Part shown: positions 1 to 8,176 of the stretch, in pieces
Layout: each line of letters starts with the position of its first letter
How positions within the stretch are numbered: the stretch's first letter is position 1
DNA from: an uncultured archaeon
Lineage (GTDB): Archaea; Asgardarchaeota; Thorarchaeia; Thorarchaeales; Thorarchaeaceae
Assembly (NCBI GenBank): GCA_964354495.1
Contig: CAYHAA010000015.1
Span: 30,001-62,000, forward strand
Length of the DNA stretch: 32,000 bases
Reading direction: 5' to 3'
Notes under the pieces: generated by a model
What the model was told of the DNA's origin: nothing
The model's database searches: none
What the model saw: the letters and a program-made list of their open reading frames with translations, nothing else
Translations under genes and position numbers: made by a program

Positions 1-77
1 GGAATGGCTACTCGGACAAAGAGATTGCCAAAATCATTGGAGGAAACGCTCTAAGGCTTCTCAAGGCCGTCTGGTAG
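1..77 (+). CDS. 3' end of a membrane dipeptidase (peptidase M19/renal dipeptidase family), truncated by the window edge
   Basis: Frame from position 3 reads NGYSDKEIAKIIGGNALRLLKAVW*, matching the GYSxxEIxKIxGGNxLR C-terminal motif of M19 dipeptidases. Confidence 0.6.
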   Translation, partial: NGYSDKEIAKIIGGNALRLLKAVW

Positions 78-209
78 CCCATAACTTGTCTGATGCAATA
101 TTCGACATGGATTGCGAAATGGTGCGCATATCAAAGGGCTTCGTCCTTGAGGTCGCTCTGACTGAATCCGCTCGATAATCTAGCGTCGTTGTGACATGGT
201 ATCACTCTG

Positions 210-245
210 AAAAAGAAAGATTTGAGAGACCCTTGCAGGTCTCTC
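210..245 (-). terminator. Hairpin plus U-tract terminator-like element after acs
   Basis: 8-bp stem GAGAGACC(224-231)/GGTCTCTC(238-245) with 6-nt loop. On the minus strand it is followed by TCTTTCTTTTT, starting 16 nt after the acs stop. Confidence 0.6.
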
Positions 246-261
246 CTGAAATAGCTAACTG

Positions 262-2250
262 CTACTGACGCTCACTGACCAAGGTGTCGACGACTGATGG
301 GTCTGCCAAAGTGGTAACATCACCAAGGTCGTCTATCTGGCCGGCAGCAATACGCTTCAGAATCCGGCGCATGATCTTACCGGAACGAGTCTTGGGTAGA
401 GCATCTGCAAACTGTATCTTGGCCGGGGTTGCGATGGGACCCACGTCATTGCGAACATGGTTCTTGAGTTCCTGGCGGAGCGCATCAGTCTTCTCGACAC
501 CCACCTTGAGGGTCACGAAGCAGTAGATGTCTTCTCCCTTGATCTCGTGCGGGAACCCAACGACTGCACACTCTGCAACAGCAGGATGCTTGACAAGTGA
601 GGACTCGATCTCAGCAGTTCCAAGTCTATGACCGGACACCTTCAGAACATCGTCTAGACGGCCCATCACAAAGTAGTAGCCTTCCTTGTTGAATCGAGCA
701 CCATCACCAGTGTAGTACATCGGCTTCTTGTCTTCTGGGTTTTTGAACTGGACCCAGTAGGTCTCGATGAATCGTTTGTGGTTGCCATAGACAGTCCTCA
801 TGAGACCTGGCCACGGCTTCTTGAAGCAGAGATAGCCACCCTCGTTTGGACCTACAGGTACTCCGTCCTCTGCAACAATCATGGGCTCAAGACCAAAGTA
901 GGGAAAAGTGGCCGAACCCGGGATTGTTGATGTTGCACCAGGTAGAGGAGTGAGAATCACACCACCGGTTTCAGTCTGCCAGTAGGTGTCGACAATCGGA
1001 CACTTCTCTTTGCCAACTACCCTATGATACCACATCCATGCCTCCGGATTGATTGGCTCACCAACGGTCCCGAGAAGTTTCAAGCTTGACAGATTGTGCT
1101 TCAGTACGGGACCATCACCGAATCTCATTAGTGCACGGATTGCAGTAGGAGCCGTGTAGAACTCGTTCACTTTCCAGTGTTCTACTTCATGCCAGAAACG
1201 ATCATTGTCAGGGTATGTAGGTACAGACTCATACATCAGAGTTGTCGCTCCAGCCGAGAGAGGGCCGTACAAGATGTACGAATGGCCTGTAATCCAGCCG
1301 ATGTCAGCAGTACACCAGTAGATATCTCCAGGGTGCCAGTCAAAGATATAGAGGAAGGACTGAGTTGTGTAGACCATGAATCCCCCAAGTGTGTGAAGCA
1401 CACCCTTTGGCTTGCCAGTAGAACCTGAAGTATAGAGGATGAACAGGGGATCCTCAGCCTTCATCCACTCGGTTACACACTTGTCATTGACCTTTGCGAG
1501 CTCTTCATGGTACCAGACATCTCTGCCCTTGACCCATGGAACGTCGATTCCTACTCTCTTGATGACAAGGACCTTCTCCACGACTGGAACAGATTCAAGT
1601 GCTTTGTCGGCACCTGCCTTCTGTGGAACAACCTTGCCACTGCGGTAGTAACCATCAGCTGTGACTAGGACCTTGCCTTGAGAATCTGAGATTCTATCCA
1701 CCAAGGAATCAGCACTGAAACCGCCAAAGACGACGCTGTGGACCGCGCCAATCCTCACACATGCAAGCATGATGATTCCGAGCTCAGGAATCATCGGGAG
1801 ATAGATCGTGATTCTGTCGCCCTTCTTGACTCCGAGGCTCTTCAGAATATTCGCGGCCTTGTTGACCTCGCTGAGGAGCTGTTTGTAGGTGAAAGTCCTT
1901 GACTCATCCAAAGGCTCGCCCTGCCAGATGAGTGCAATCTGATCGCCCTTGCCTGCTTTCACGTGCTTGTCAAGACAGTTGTAGGCCATGTTGGTCACAC
2001 CGTCTTCGAAATACGTGAATTCTGCATTCTTGGGGTCTTTCCAGTCGAGAGCCTTGGTCGGTACCTTCTTCCAGTAACACAATTCCTTTGCTGCCTTTAG
2101 CCAGAAGGTGTCAGGCTTTTCGATTGACTCCTTCCACATCTTCATCCGCTCTTCTTGGCTCTTTATGTAAGCCTTCTTGGAGAAGCTCTTTGGAGGTGGA
2201 AAATGCCTTTCCTCTTGGCTGTAAACTGTAATCTTCTTATCTGTTGACAA
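262..2250 (-). CDS. acs: Acetyl-CoA synthetase (AMP-forming acetate--CoA ligase)
   Basis: 662 aa, TTG start. Motifs YTSGSTGKPKG, WCTADIGWITGHSY, TYWQTETGG, GRLDDVLKVSGHRLGTAEIES and PKTRSGKIMRR (acetylatable Lys). Confidence 0.97.
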   Translation of the reverse strand: MSTDKKITVYSQEERHFPPPKSFSKKAYIKSQEERMKMWKESIEKPDTFWLKAAKELCYWKKVPTKALDWKDPKNAEFTYFEDGVTNMAYNCLDKHVKAGKGDQIALIWQGEPLDESRTFTYKQLLSEVNKAANILKSLGVKKGDRITIYLPMIPELGIIMLACVRIGAVHSVVFGGFSADSLVDRISDSQGKVLVTADGYYRSGKVVPQKAGADKALESVPVVEKVLVIKRVGIDVPWVKGRDVWYHEELAKVNDKCVTEWMKAEDPLFILYTSGSTGKPKGVLHTLGGFMVYTTQSFLYIFDWHPGDIYWCTADIGWITGHSYILYGPLSAGATTLMYESVPTYPDNDRFWHEVEHWKVNEFYTAPTAIRALMRFGDGPVLKHNLSSLKLLGTVGEPINPEAWMWYHRVVGKEKCPIVDTYWQTETGGVILTPLPGATSTIPGSATFPYFGLEPMIVAEDGVPVGPNEGGYLCFKKPWPGLMRTVYGNHKRFIETYWVQFKNPEDKKPMYYTGDGARFNKEGYYFVMGRLDDVLKVSGHRLGTAEIESSLVKHPAVAECAVVGFPHEIKGEDIYCFVTLKVGVEKTDALRQELKNHVRNDVGPIATPAKIQFADALPKTRSGKIMRRILKRIAAGQIDDLGDVTTLADPSVVDTLVSERQ

Positions 2251-2352
2251 AATCGGTCACCAAATCCGGTCTATGGTTTTGCCGATGAGCAAGAATGCCC
2301 TATATGAAGCTTGTCCAATTGCTACAAATATCAAACGGGTAATAGTTCAACG

Positions 2353-2395
2353 AAAAACAATGGCCGGAGGCCAGAGGATGACTCTCTCTGGCCTC
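2353..2395 (-). terminator. Hairpin plus U-tract between the MFS gene and acs
   Basis: Perfect 10-bp stem GAGGCCAGAG(2367-2376)/CTCTGGCCTC(2386-2395), 12 nt after the MFS stop. On the minus strand TTGTTTTT follows 6 nt after the stem. Confidence 0.55.
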
Positions 2396-2407
2396 ACAGC
2401 GTTCCAA

Positions 2408-3688
2408 CTATGCATTCTTGCGCTTGACCTTTAGAACAAATGTGAGTAGCATTGCAATGATTGCCAATACGCCGGTTACGAGGAATGCCATGAAATAGGA
2501 TCCTGTAGCATCGACAATCGGTCCAGCTACAAAGGCACCAGTGATTCCAGCAATTCCGTAGGCTGTGAACATCACACCGTAGTTCTTCCCAACATTCTTG
2601 CTGCCAAAGAAGTCAGCTGTCGCTGAGGGAAACAATGAAAAATTGCCGCCGAAGCAAAAACCAATCAACGAAGCGATTCCCATCACGGCAATCCAACTAA
2701 TACTGATGGTTGACATCCATGCAAAGGTGAACATGCCAACAGCCAGTACCATGAACATCAGGGTCATCGTGTTCTCGCGGCCAAGTCTGTCAGATGTAGC
2801 ACCCCAGACAATCCTCCCAGCAGCATTCAACAGACTCATGACACCTACAAGTATCACTGCATCAGCTGTGGGATCAATCGCAAGAGCTGCAGTCTTAACG
2901 TTGCCCAGAGTCATGAGCCCGGCAGTTGCCGCAAATACAAACATTAGCCAGAGAAGCCAGAAGGTGGAGGTCCTGATCATCTCACCAGGCATGATAGTCT
3001 GGCCTTTGCCATCAGCAGTCGTCACTGCTGGAGTAAATCCAGCAGGCAACCAACCTGCGGGAGGATTGGTCAGTACTTGAGCACCAATGACTACCAATAC
3101 AAGATATAGGACGCCGAGAATCAACATTGGCATCCCAATATTGGCGGTGGCGGGTACACTGTACAAGGTCAAGAGATATTGTTCTACATAGCCAAAGACC
3201 AAAGCACCAGCGCCGAATCCAGCCACTGCAATGCCAGTAATCGTACCCTTCTTATCAGGGAACCACTTGACAAGTGCGGCAATTGGGCAGACATATGCGA
3301 ACCCAATACCAGCGCCGCCTATGATTCCGTATGTGATGACAAGGTAGAACGTACCCAGTATTGCATCGCCGCCTGTGACCATGTCAACGAAGTAAGCGGA
3401 AATGTAGCCAATACCCAGAAGAATACCACCCACTGTGGCGACTTTTCTGGGGCCCACTCGATCCTGCCATCTTCCTGCAAAGATCATAAAGAGTGCAAAC
3501 GATGCCAGACCAGCTGCAAATGGTAGCTGTGAGAATAGAGAAGGCCATTGATATACACCGGTTGGAGGGTTGCCTCCGTTCAGAGCAGTCTGAAAGAAGG
3601 ACCAAGCATATATCGAACCCAAGCACAGCTGAACAATGAGCGCGCCGAGAATGACAAGGTTTCTGTTACCTGTTTTCTCCTCAGACAT
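2408..3688 (-). CDS. MFS transporter, oxalate:formate antiporter (OFA)/monocarboxylate family
   Basis: 426 aa with about 12 hydrophobic segments. Motifs LGSIYAWS, GRWQDRVGPR, KWFPDKKG, GRIVWGATSDRLGR and FGSKNVGKNYG. Confidence 0.9.
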   Translation of the reverse strand: MSEEKTGNRNLVILGALIVQLCLGSIYAWSFFQTALNGGNPPTGVYQWPSLFSQLPFAAGLASFALFMIFAGRWQDRVGPRKVATVGGILLGIGYISAYFVDMVTGGDAILGTFYLVITYGIIGGAGIGFAYVCPIAALVKWFPDKKGTITGIAVAGFGAGALVFGYVEQYLLTLYSVPATANIGMPMLILGVLYLVLVVIGAQVLTNPPAGWLPAGFTPAVTTADGKGQTIMPGEMIRTSTFWLLWLMFVFAATAGLMTLGNVKTAALAIDPTADAVILVGVMSLLNAAGRIVWGATSDRLGRENTMTLMFMVLAVGMFTFAWMSTISISWIAVMGIASLIGFCFGGNFSLFPSATADFFGSKNVGKNYGVMFTAYGIAGITGAFVAGPIVDATGSYFMAFLVTGVLAIIAMLLTFVLKVKRKNA

Positions 3689-3784
3689 GATAGTATACCT
3701 CTATCAGATTGTCAGATATTGCATTGCCAGCGATATCGACTGCACTAAAAGCCTTCCGTCTTCTTGGTATCAGCAGGGAGGAAT

Positions 3785-3847
3785 TCTGTGTGAGTGCCAC
3801 TTGGAAATGCCTATATAGTGAACGCATGGGAAAGGCACACTCACAGA
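3785..3847 (+). promoter_or_regulatory. TATA-like box (CTATATA, 3811-3817) flanked by an imperfect inverted repeat, in the divergent MFS / CoA-transferase promoter region
   Basis: CTGTGTGAGTGCC (3786-3798) and GGCACACTCACAG (3834-3846) bracket CCTATATAGTG about 40 nt before the ATG at 3858. Confidence 0.4.
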
Positions 3848-3857
3848 GGGAGCTACA

Positions 3858-5744
3858 ATGGTCGCCGTTGATTGGACTGAACAATACAAGAACAAGATCC
3901 TGACAGCCTCAAAGGCCATCAGGAAAATCCGGCGAGGATCAAGGATCTTCTTGGGAACGGGATGCGGCGTACCATATCATCTCGTGCAAGAATTGGCAAC
4001 TCATGCTGACCAGATGGCAGACAACGAGATTGTACACCTTCTCACTCTTGGGGATACACCTTCTGCAGATCCAAAATTCCAGAGCCAGTTCCGCCACAAC
4101 ACGTTCTTTGTCAGCGCGAACATCAGAGATGCAGTTGCAGAGGGACGTGCAGATTATACACCCATAATGCTGTCCGATATCCCGGACCTCTTCAGACAGA
4201 GGAGAATGCCTCTCGATGTTGCCATGATACAGATCAGCCCACCCGACCGATATGGATACTGTTCCTTGGGCATATCAGTGGACATCACAAAAGCTGCCTC
4301 TGAGAGTGCTGACATCGTCATAGCACAGGTCAATGACAAAATGCCAATAACACATGGCGACTCGTTTGTTGACATAAGAGAGATTGACTATCTTGTCCCC
4401 TTCAACGAACCACTGAGAGAGTTCCAAGGTGATGAGATTACAGAAACTATAGACCTCATTGGTAGCTATGTAGCAAGACTGGTTGAGAATGAATCGACTC
4501 TTGAACTTGGGATTGGAGCGCTCCCACAGTCTGTATGCAACAATCTTCTAGACTCTGGGGTCCGAGACTTGGGCATCCATACAGAGATGTTTAGTGATAG
4601 TCTACTTCCTTTGATAGAGGCGGGCATTGTGACCAACAAGAAGAAGTCAATCCACAAGGGGAAAGTCATAGCGAGCTTTGCTATGGGATCTAGGAAGCTC
4701 TACGAGTACATTGATGATAACCCTCTCTTCCAGTTCCACGATACAGCATATGTCAATGACCCGTACGTCATCGGGCAGAATAGAAAGATGGTTGCAATAA
4801 ACTCTGCATTAGAGGTCGACCTCACGGGTCAGGTGTGTGCGGACTCGATTGGTCACAGGTTTTACAGCGGAATCGGAGGGCAAGTTGACTTCATTCGGGG
4901 TGCCAAGAGATCTTTGGGAGGAAAGGCCATCATCTGTCTACCCTCCACAGCTGTTGACGAAACAGTTTCAAGAATCGTTCCACAGTTGAGTGAAGGAGCT
5001 GGTGTTGTAACTACACGTGGAGATGTAGACGTAATAATAACGGAGTATGGCCTGGCAAACATGCATGGGAAGACCATCCGAGAACGTGTATTATCGCTCA
5101 TAGCTATTGCGCATCCCAAGTTCCGAAATGAGCTCCTTGAGGCTGCAAAGAAGATGCGCTATGTCTTTGAGGATCAAGTTCCGTTTCTAGTACAGGGAAC
5201 ATACTTTGCCTCCGAATATGAGGTGACAGAGAGATTCAAAGGGCCTGAGGGGCCGATTGATGTACACTTTAGGCTTATCCGACCTGACGATACTGACCGA
5301 ATCAAAGAGCTGTTCTATGGACTCAGCGAGGAGAGTATTTACTTCAGGTTTCTCACCCCGCTGAGGAGTCTAAGAAGACAGACACTCCAGGACTTCTATA
5401 ATGTGGACCAGTCCCGTGATATCAGTGTTGTAGCAGTGATAAAGTCGGATACAGAGAGTGAAACTGAACGGATTATTGGAGCAGGCAGATACGTTCTCAA
5501 CAGGAGTACCAACGAAGCTGAATTTGCTCTGCTCATGAACGATGACTACCAAGGCAAAGGCATAGGTACATTCCTGTTGAATCACCTGATGAGGATTGCA
5601 AAGAGTAAGGGGGTTGAGGCGTTCATCGCCATTGTACATCCTCAGAACCAACCGATGATTCGTTTCATCCATAAGACGGGCAAGGTTGTAGAGAGCAAGA
5701 TCTCGATACAGGATGAGGAGTACGTCTTTCGACTGAAACTGTGA
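3858..5744 (+). CDS. Acetyl-CoA hydrolase/4-hydroxybutyrate CoA-transferase family protein fused to a C-terminal GNAT acetyltransferase domain
   Basis: N-terminal ~440 aa contain GIHTEMFSD (catalytic Glu) and GIGGQVDFIRGA. C-terminal ~180 aa contain LSEESIYFRFL and GNAT motif A DYQGKGIGT. Confidence 0.9.
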   Translation: MVAVDWTEQYKNKILTASKAIRKIRRGSRIFLGTGCGVPYHLVQELATHADQMADNEIVHLLTLGDTPSADPKFQSQFRHNTFFVSANIRDAVAEGRADYTPIMLSDIPDLFRQRRMPLDVAMIQISPPDRYGYCSLGISVDITKAASESADIVIAQVNDKMPITHGDSFVDIREIDYLVPFNEPLREFQGDEITETIDLIGSYVARLVENESTLELGIGALPQSVCNNLLDSGVRDLGIHTEMFSDSLLPLIEAGIVTNKKKSIHKGKVIASFAMGSRKLYEYIDDNPLFQFHDTAYVNDPYVIGQNRKMVAINSALEVDLTGQVCADSIGHRFYSGIGGQVDFIRGAKRSLGGKAIICLPSTAVDETVSRIVPQLSEGAGVVTTRGDVDVIITEYGLANMHGKTIRERVLSLIAIAHPKFRNELLEAAKKMRYVFEDQVPFLVQGTYFASEYEVTERFKGPEGPIDVHFRLIRPDDTDRIKELFYGLSEESIYFRFLTPLRSLRRQTLQDFYNVDQSRDISVVAVIKSDTESETERIIGAGRYVLNRSTNEAEFALLMNDDYQGKGIGTFLLNHLMRIAKSKGVEAFIAIVHPQNQPMIRFIHKTGKVVESKISIQDEEYVFRLKL

Positions 5745-5872
5745 TGGAAATGTGTTGGAGCGTTAAGCACATCTCCGAGAGAGCACGGCTTCGACTACTA
5801 TGCCTTTCTTCAGGAGGACTCATATCAAGAGAGCTGTTTCAGAGTGAAGACTGTAGTATTGCGCCAAAGCTA

Positions 5873-6694
5873 TTAGAGATAGGTGTGGCGAATCTGAGCT
5901 GGACGGCCATTCACGTGGATTGTTTCGAGAAAAGCTGACATTGAATCGTTGGGAAAGCCATACCCCTTCTCAAGAATCTCCTGCTTCAGTCTCCTGAACA
6001 GCTCAAGAACGGTTTCGAACTTTGGATCATCTAGTGCATGACAGAACAACTTGTAGGTCTCATCAGTCATGCCCATCTTCTTCACATGGGGAGTCCACCA
6101 CTTCAGGGGAGGGGTCCACTGTTTCTGCATGGTGAACCACAGATTGGCAGCAGCCACGACCGTACGGAAAGCGTTCAATTTTGAATCGTACGTGCGGCCT
6201 CGTCTGTTGTTTATGTCTGTATATCCAAGGGAACCAAGCAGGGTGCAGTACTTGTTCTTGAGTCGGTCAAGGTGCTCCTCCTCAGGATATCTTGCGAGCT
6301 TCTTCCGCCACTCCTCAAGCTTACCGGTTGAATCATGAATCACAACACCTTCGACATATGGAAAGTGGTCCATATCGAGTGGAGACTCAATCTGCTGTCT
6401 GAACCAGGCGCTAGACACCGGAGAGAAATCAATCACCAGTCTGCGAGGCTTTACAGACTCATCGAACTCCAACCAGATGGTGTCTTTGAGCTCGAGGTTG
6501 TTGTAGTATTTCTCAGTGACATAGATGAGTGCATCCCAGTCTGCTGTCGGAGCTCCAAAGCCTGTTGCTCTGCTTCCCCACAGCATCACACCAAGAACAT
6601 AGGGCTCTTTGATTAAGCCTTCAAGCCGCTCGCGAACCATCTTGTCATCGATTTCGTGAATGCTCTTCACAATCGGTATCTGATTGTCGCTCAT
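5873..6694 (-). CDS. Nucleotidyltransferase (pol-beta superfamily MNT domain) with a helical C-terminal domain (DUF4037-like)
   Basis: GVMLWGSRATG...ADWDALIY fits the GS...DxD motif, followed by a predicted helical region. Confidence 0.75.
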   Translation of the reverse strand: MSDNQIPIVKSIHEIDDKMVRERLEGLIKEPYVLGVMLWGSRATGFGAPTADWDALIYVTEKYYNNLELKDTIWLEFDESVKPRRLVIDFSPVSSAWFRQQIESPLDMDHFPYVEGVVIHDSTGKLEEWRKKLARYPEEEHLDRLKNKYCTLLGSLGYTDINNRRGRTYDSKLNAFRTVVAAANLWFTMQKQWTPPLKWWTPHVKKMGMTDETYKLFCHALDDPKFETVLELFRRLKQEILEKGYGFPNDSMSAFLETIHVNGRPAQIRHTYL

Positions 6695-6765
6695 CAGGCG
6701 TCTCCTCTAGCAAGAGCGCGGGAAATGATACATTAAAGCGTGATTATCTAAGCGAGAAGAGGTGA

Positions 6766-6828
6766 GGCGCCACACCGCCGGGAAGCGGACACGACAGACA
6801 GCAAAAGCAGTTTGGAATCTGTGGCGCC
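6766..6828 (+). ncRNA. Candidate structured RNA (three-way junction), family not recognised
   Basis: 9-bp closing stem GGCGCCACA/TGTGGCGCC enclosing CCGC-CGGGAA-GCGG and CAGACAGC-AAAA-GCAGTTTG. One G-U pair favours the + strand. Confidence 0.4.
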
Positions 6829-6911
6829 GTTCAATAATCAGTCAGCATGGCATCTAATAAGCACCTAGAGTTTTTTGACGAGAATAAATTCACTCTGGCA
6901 GACAGGAGAGT

Positions 6912-7148
6912 ATGACAGCAGCGACTCTCGCGTCAGTCATGACCCGTTTTTCAAAGGAACAACTTGAGGCGATTGACAAGATTCTGAAATTACTGGACCC
7001 CGAGGAGTTCAGGGACTATCACGGTCAGTTTGGAGTCTGTAATGCTCCTGATGTGATAGAGATACTACGAAATGAGGTCAAGAATGCATTAGACCAGGTT
7101 CAGAAAGAAAAGGGAAAGGCCGCGATGATGGTCGAATCTGGACTCTAA
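6912..7148 (+). CDS. Small hypothetical protein, possibly ribbon-helix-helix-like
   Basis: 78 aa with upstream GGAG. VMTRFSKEQLEAIDKIL...DVIEILRNEV loosely resembles the RHH beta-alpha-alpha pattern. Confidence 0.5.
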   Translation: MTAATLASVMTRFSKEQLEAIDKILKLLDPEEFRDYHGQFGVCNAPDVIEILRNEVKNALDQVQKEKGKAAMMVESGL

Positions 7149-7149
7149 G

Positions 7150-7404
7150 TCATGCGATGACAAAACTCGGCGGGAAGATGATAAAGTATTCCACAACAAT
7201 GGAGAGAAGGATGCCACTGAAGACGAGTCCCTTCCCCCTGCTCTGGTTGGCTTCAGTGAACCAGAGGATAGCTCCAGCAAGGACTATGATGACTCCCGAC
7301 ACCTGACCAATGAAGATCAGAAAGTCCCAGATCTCTGCAAGATACATCCCAACCATCTGAGCAAAGTTGACCAATGGAGACTGTAGCAGCAATGTGAAAT
7401 TCAA
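7150..7404 (-). CDS. Small membrane protein (2-3 TM)
   Basis: 84 aa, almost entirely hydrophobic segments separated by a short polar loop (TEANQSRGKG). Start codon uncertain. Confidence 0.65.
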   Translation of the reverse strand: MNFTLLLQSPLVNFAQMVGMYLAEIWDFLIFIGQVSGVIIVLAGAILWFTEANQSRGKGLVFSGILLSIVVEYFIIFPPSFVIA

Positions 7405-7496
7405 TCTCTTGACCTAATTCTCCATAATGACTGGCAAATTTAAGGTCGTAGAGAGATGAAATAGAAGGGCAATAACCTAGGATTCAGTATGTATAA

Positions 7497-7934
7497 TTGC
7501 TTTCATGTAGAGATAATTCCTCAAGGCAGAGTGAGTTGGAATCACTACATAGGAATAATGCATCGCATGAAATAGGCAGAGAGGACACTAGATTCAAGTG
7601 CCGCATGTGTGGAAAACCAATCTTTGGCGTGGTGGACAGTGATAAGAACTATGATACAGTATTCTATTGTTCCCAAGACTGTAACCTAGCAGGCTGGTTT
7701 TACTGTTTCGTATGTTTAAGTATGAATTCCTTTATTCCGAGTGGTTGGATTCTTGCATATCTAATCAGCGGCTCCGTGCATATGTCAATGTTACTCGGGG
7801 TAGTAGGATTCCTAGTCGTACTTCTAGTCCTCAACTCTCTTCTGGTGTACCAGACAATATCAAGCTGGGACCGAAGGCAACGAATAATCAAGAATAAGAT
7901 GCTCGAATCGCAGGGAGAAAGAATTGATAATTGA
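7497..7934 (+). CDS. Hypothetical membrane protein with an N-terminal TRASH/zf-FCS-like metal-binding motif
   Basis: CRMC...FYCSQDC motif followed by two hydrophobic helices. Start uncertain. The stop codon abuts the tRNA-Ile CCA end. Confidence 0.6.
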   Translation: MLSCRDNSSRQSELESLHRNNASHEIGREDTRFKCRMCGKPIFGVVDSDKNYDTVFYCSQDCNLAGWFYCFVCLSMNSFIPSGWILAYLISGSVHMSMLLGVVGFLVVLLVLNSLLVYQTISSWDRRQRIIKNKMLESQGERIDN

Positions 7935-8040
7935 TGGTGGGCCCGACGCGATTTGAACGCGCGATATCCGCCTTATCAGAGCGGCGCTATAAGAGACCAA
8001 GACCAGCAGTACTGATCTTTCCAGTCTAAGCCACGGGCCC
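7935..8040 (-). tRNA. tRNA-Ile(GAU) with encoded CCA and a 28-nt non-canonical D-loop intron (7993-8020)
   Basis: Acceptor GGGCCCG/CGGGCCC, anticodon arm CCGCT-CTGATAA-GGCGG, T-arm GCGCG-TTCAAAT-CGCGT, 3' ACCA. Removing 28 nt gives a 78-nt tRNA with D-arm GCTTAGACTGGTTATAGC. Confidence 0.92.
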
Positions 8041-8074
8041 GATGCGTTCGTGGTTTCGGTCTGTCTTTGCCAGC

Positions 8075-8082
8075 GATAAAAA
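8075..8082 (-). promoter_or_regulatory. TATA-like box upstream of tRNA-Ile
   Basis: TTTTTATC on the minus strand, 35-42 nt upstream of the mature 5' end. Confidence 0.45.
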
Positions 8083-8176
8083 GGTTGTGAATCTGAATCA
8101 GTTACTTTCTTCTGACAAACAATGCAGGAGATTCATAGAGCCTCATTATTGCTCCGCTGCCGCAATTGCCACACTC

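Noticed and set aside
5742-5876. The frame stays open for 43 codons after the TGA stop of the CoA-transferase-GNAT gene, suggesting possible Sec readthrough
   Set aside because: The GNAT domain is already complete, the extension has no recognisable motif, no SECIS-like hairpin was seen, and an open run this long is not rare by chance
6766-6840. Interpretation of the three-way-junction element as tRNA-Sec
   Set aside because: Only 63 nt, with no D-arm, UCA anticodon, long variable arm or proper T-loop. Kept only as an unassigned structure
6912-7940. Integrated element at the tRNA-Ile 3' end, since small ORFs abut the CCA
   Set aside because: No duplicated tRNA 3' segment and no integrase in the window; the similar text at 18244 is the tRNA-Pro gene itself
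8041-8176. Possible SECIS element downstream of selD (two ATGA words on the minus strand)
   Set aside because: No convincing stem with tandem GA pairs, and this SelD encodes Cys so it needs no SECIS
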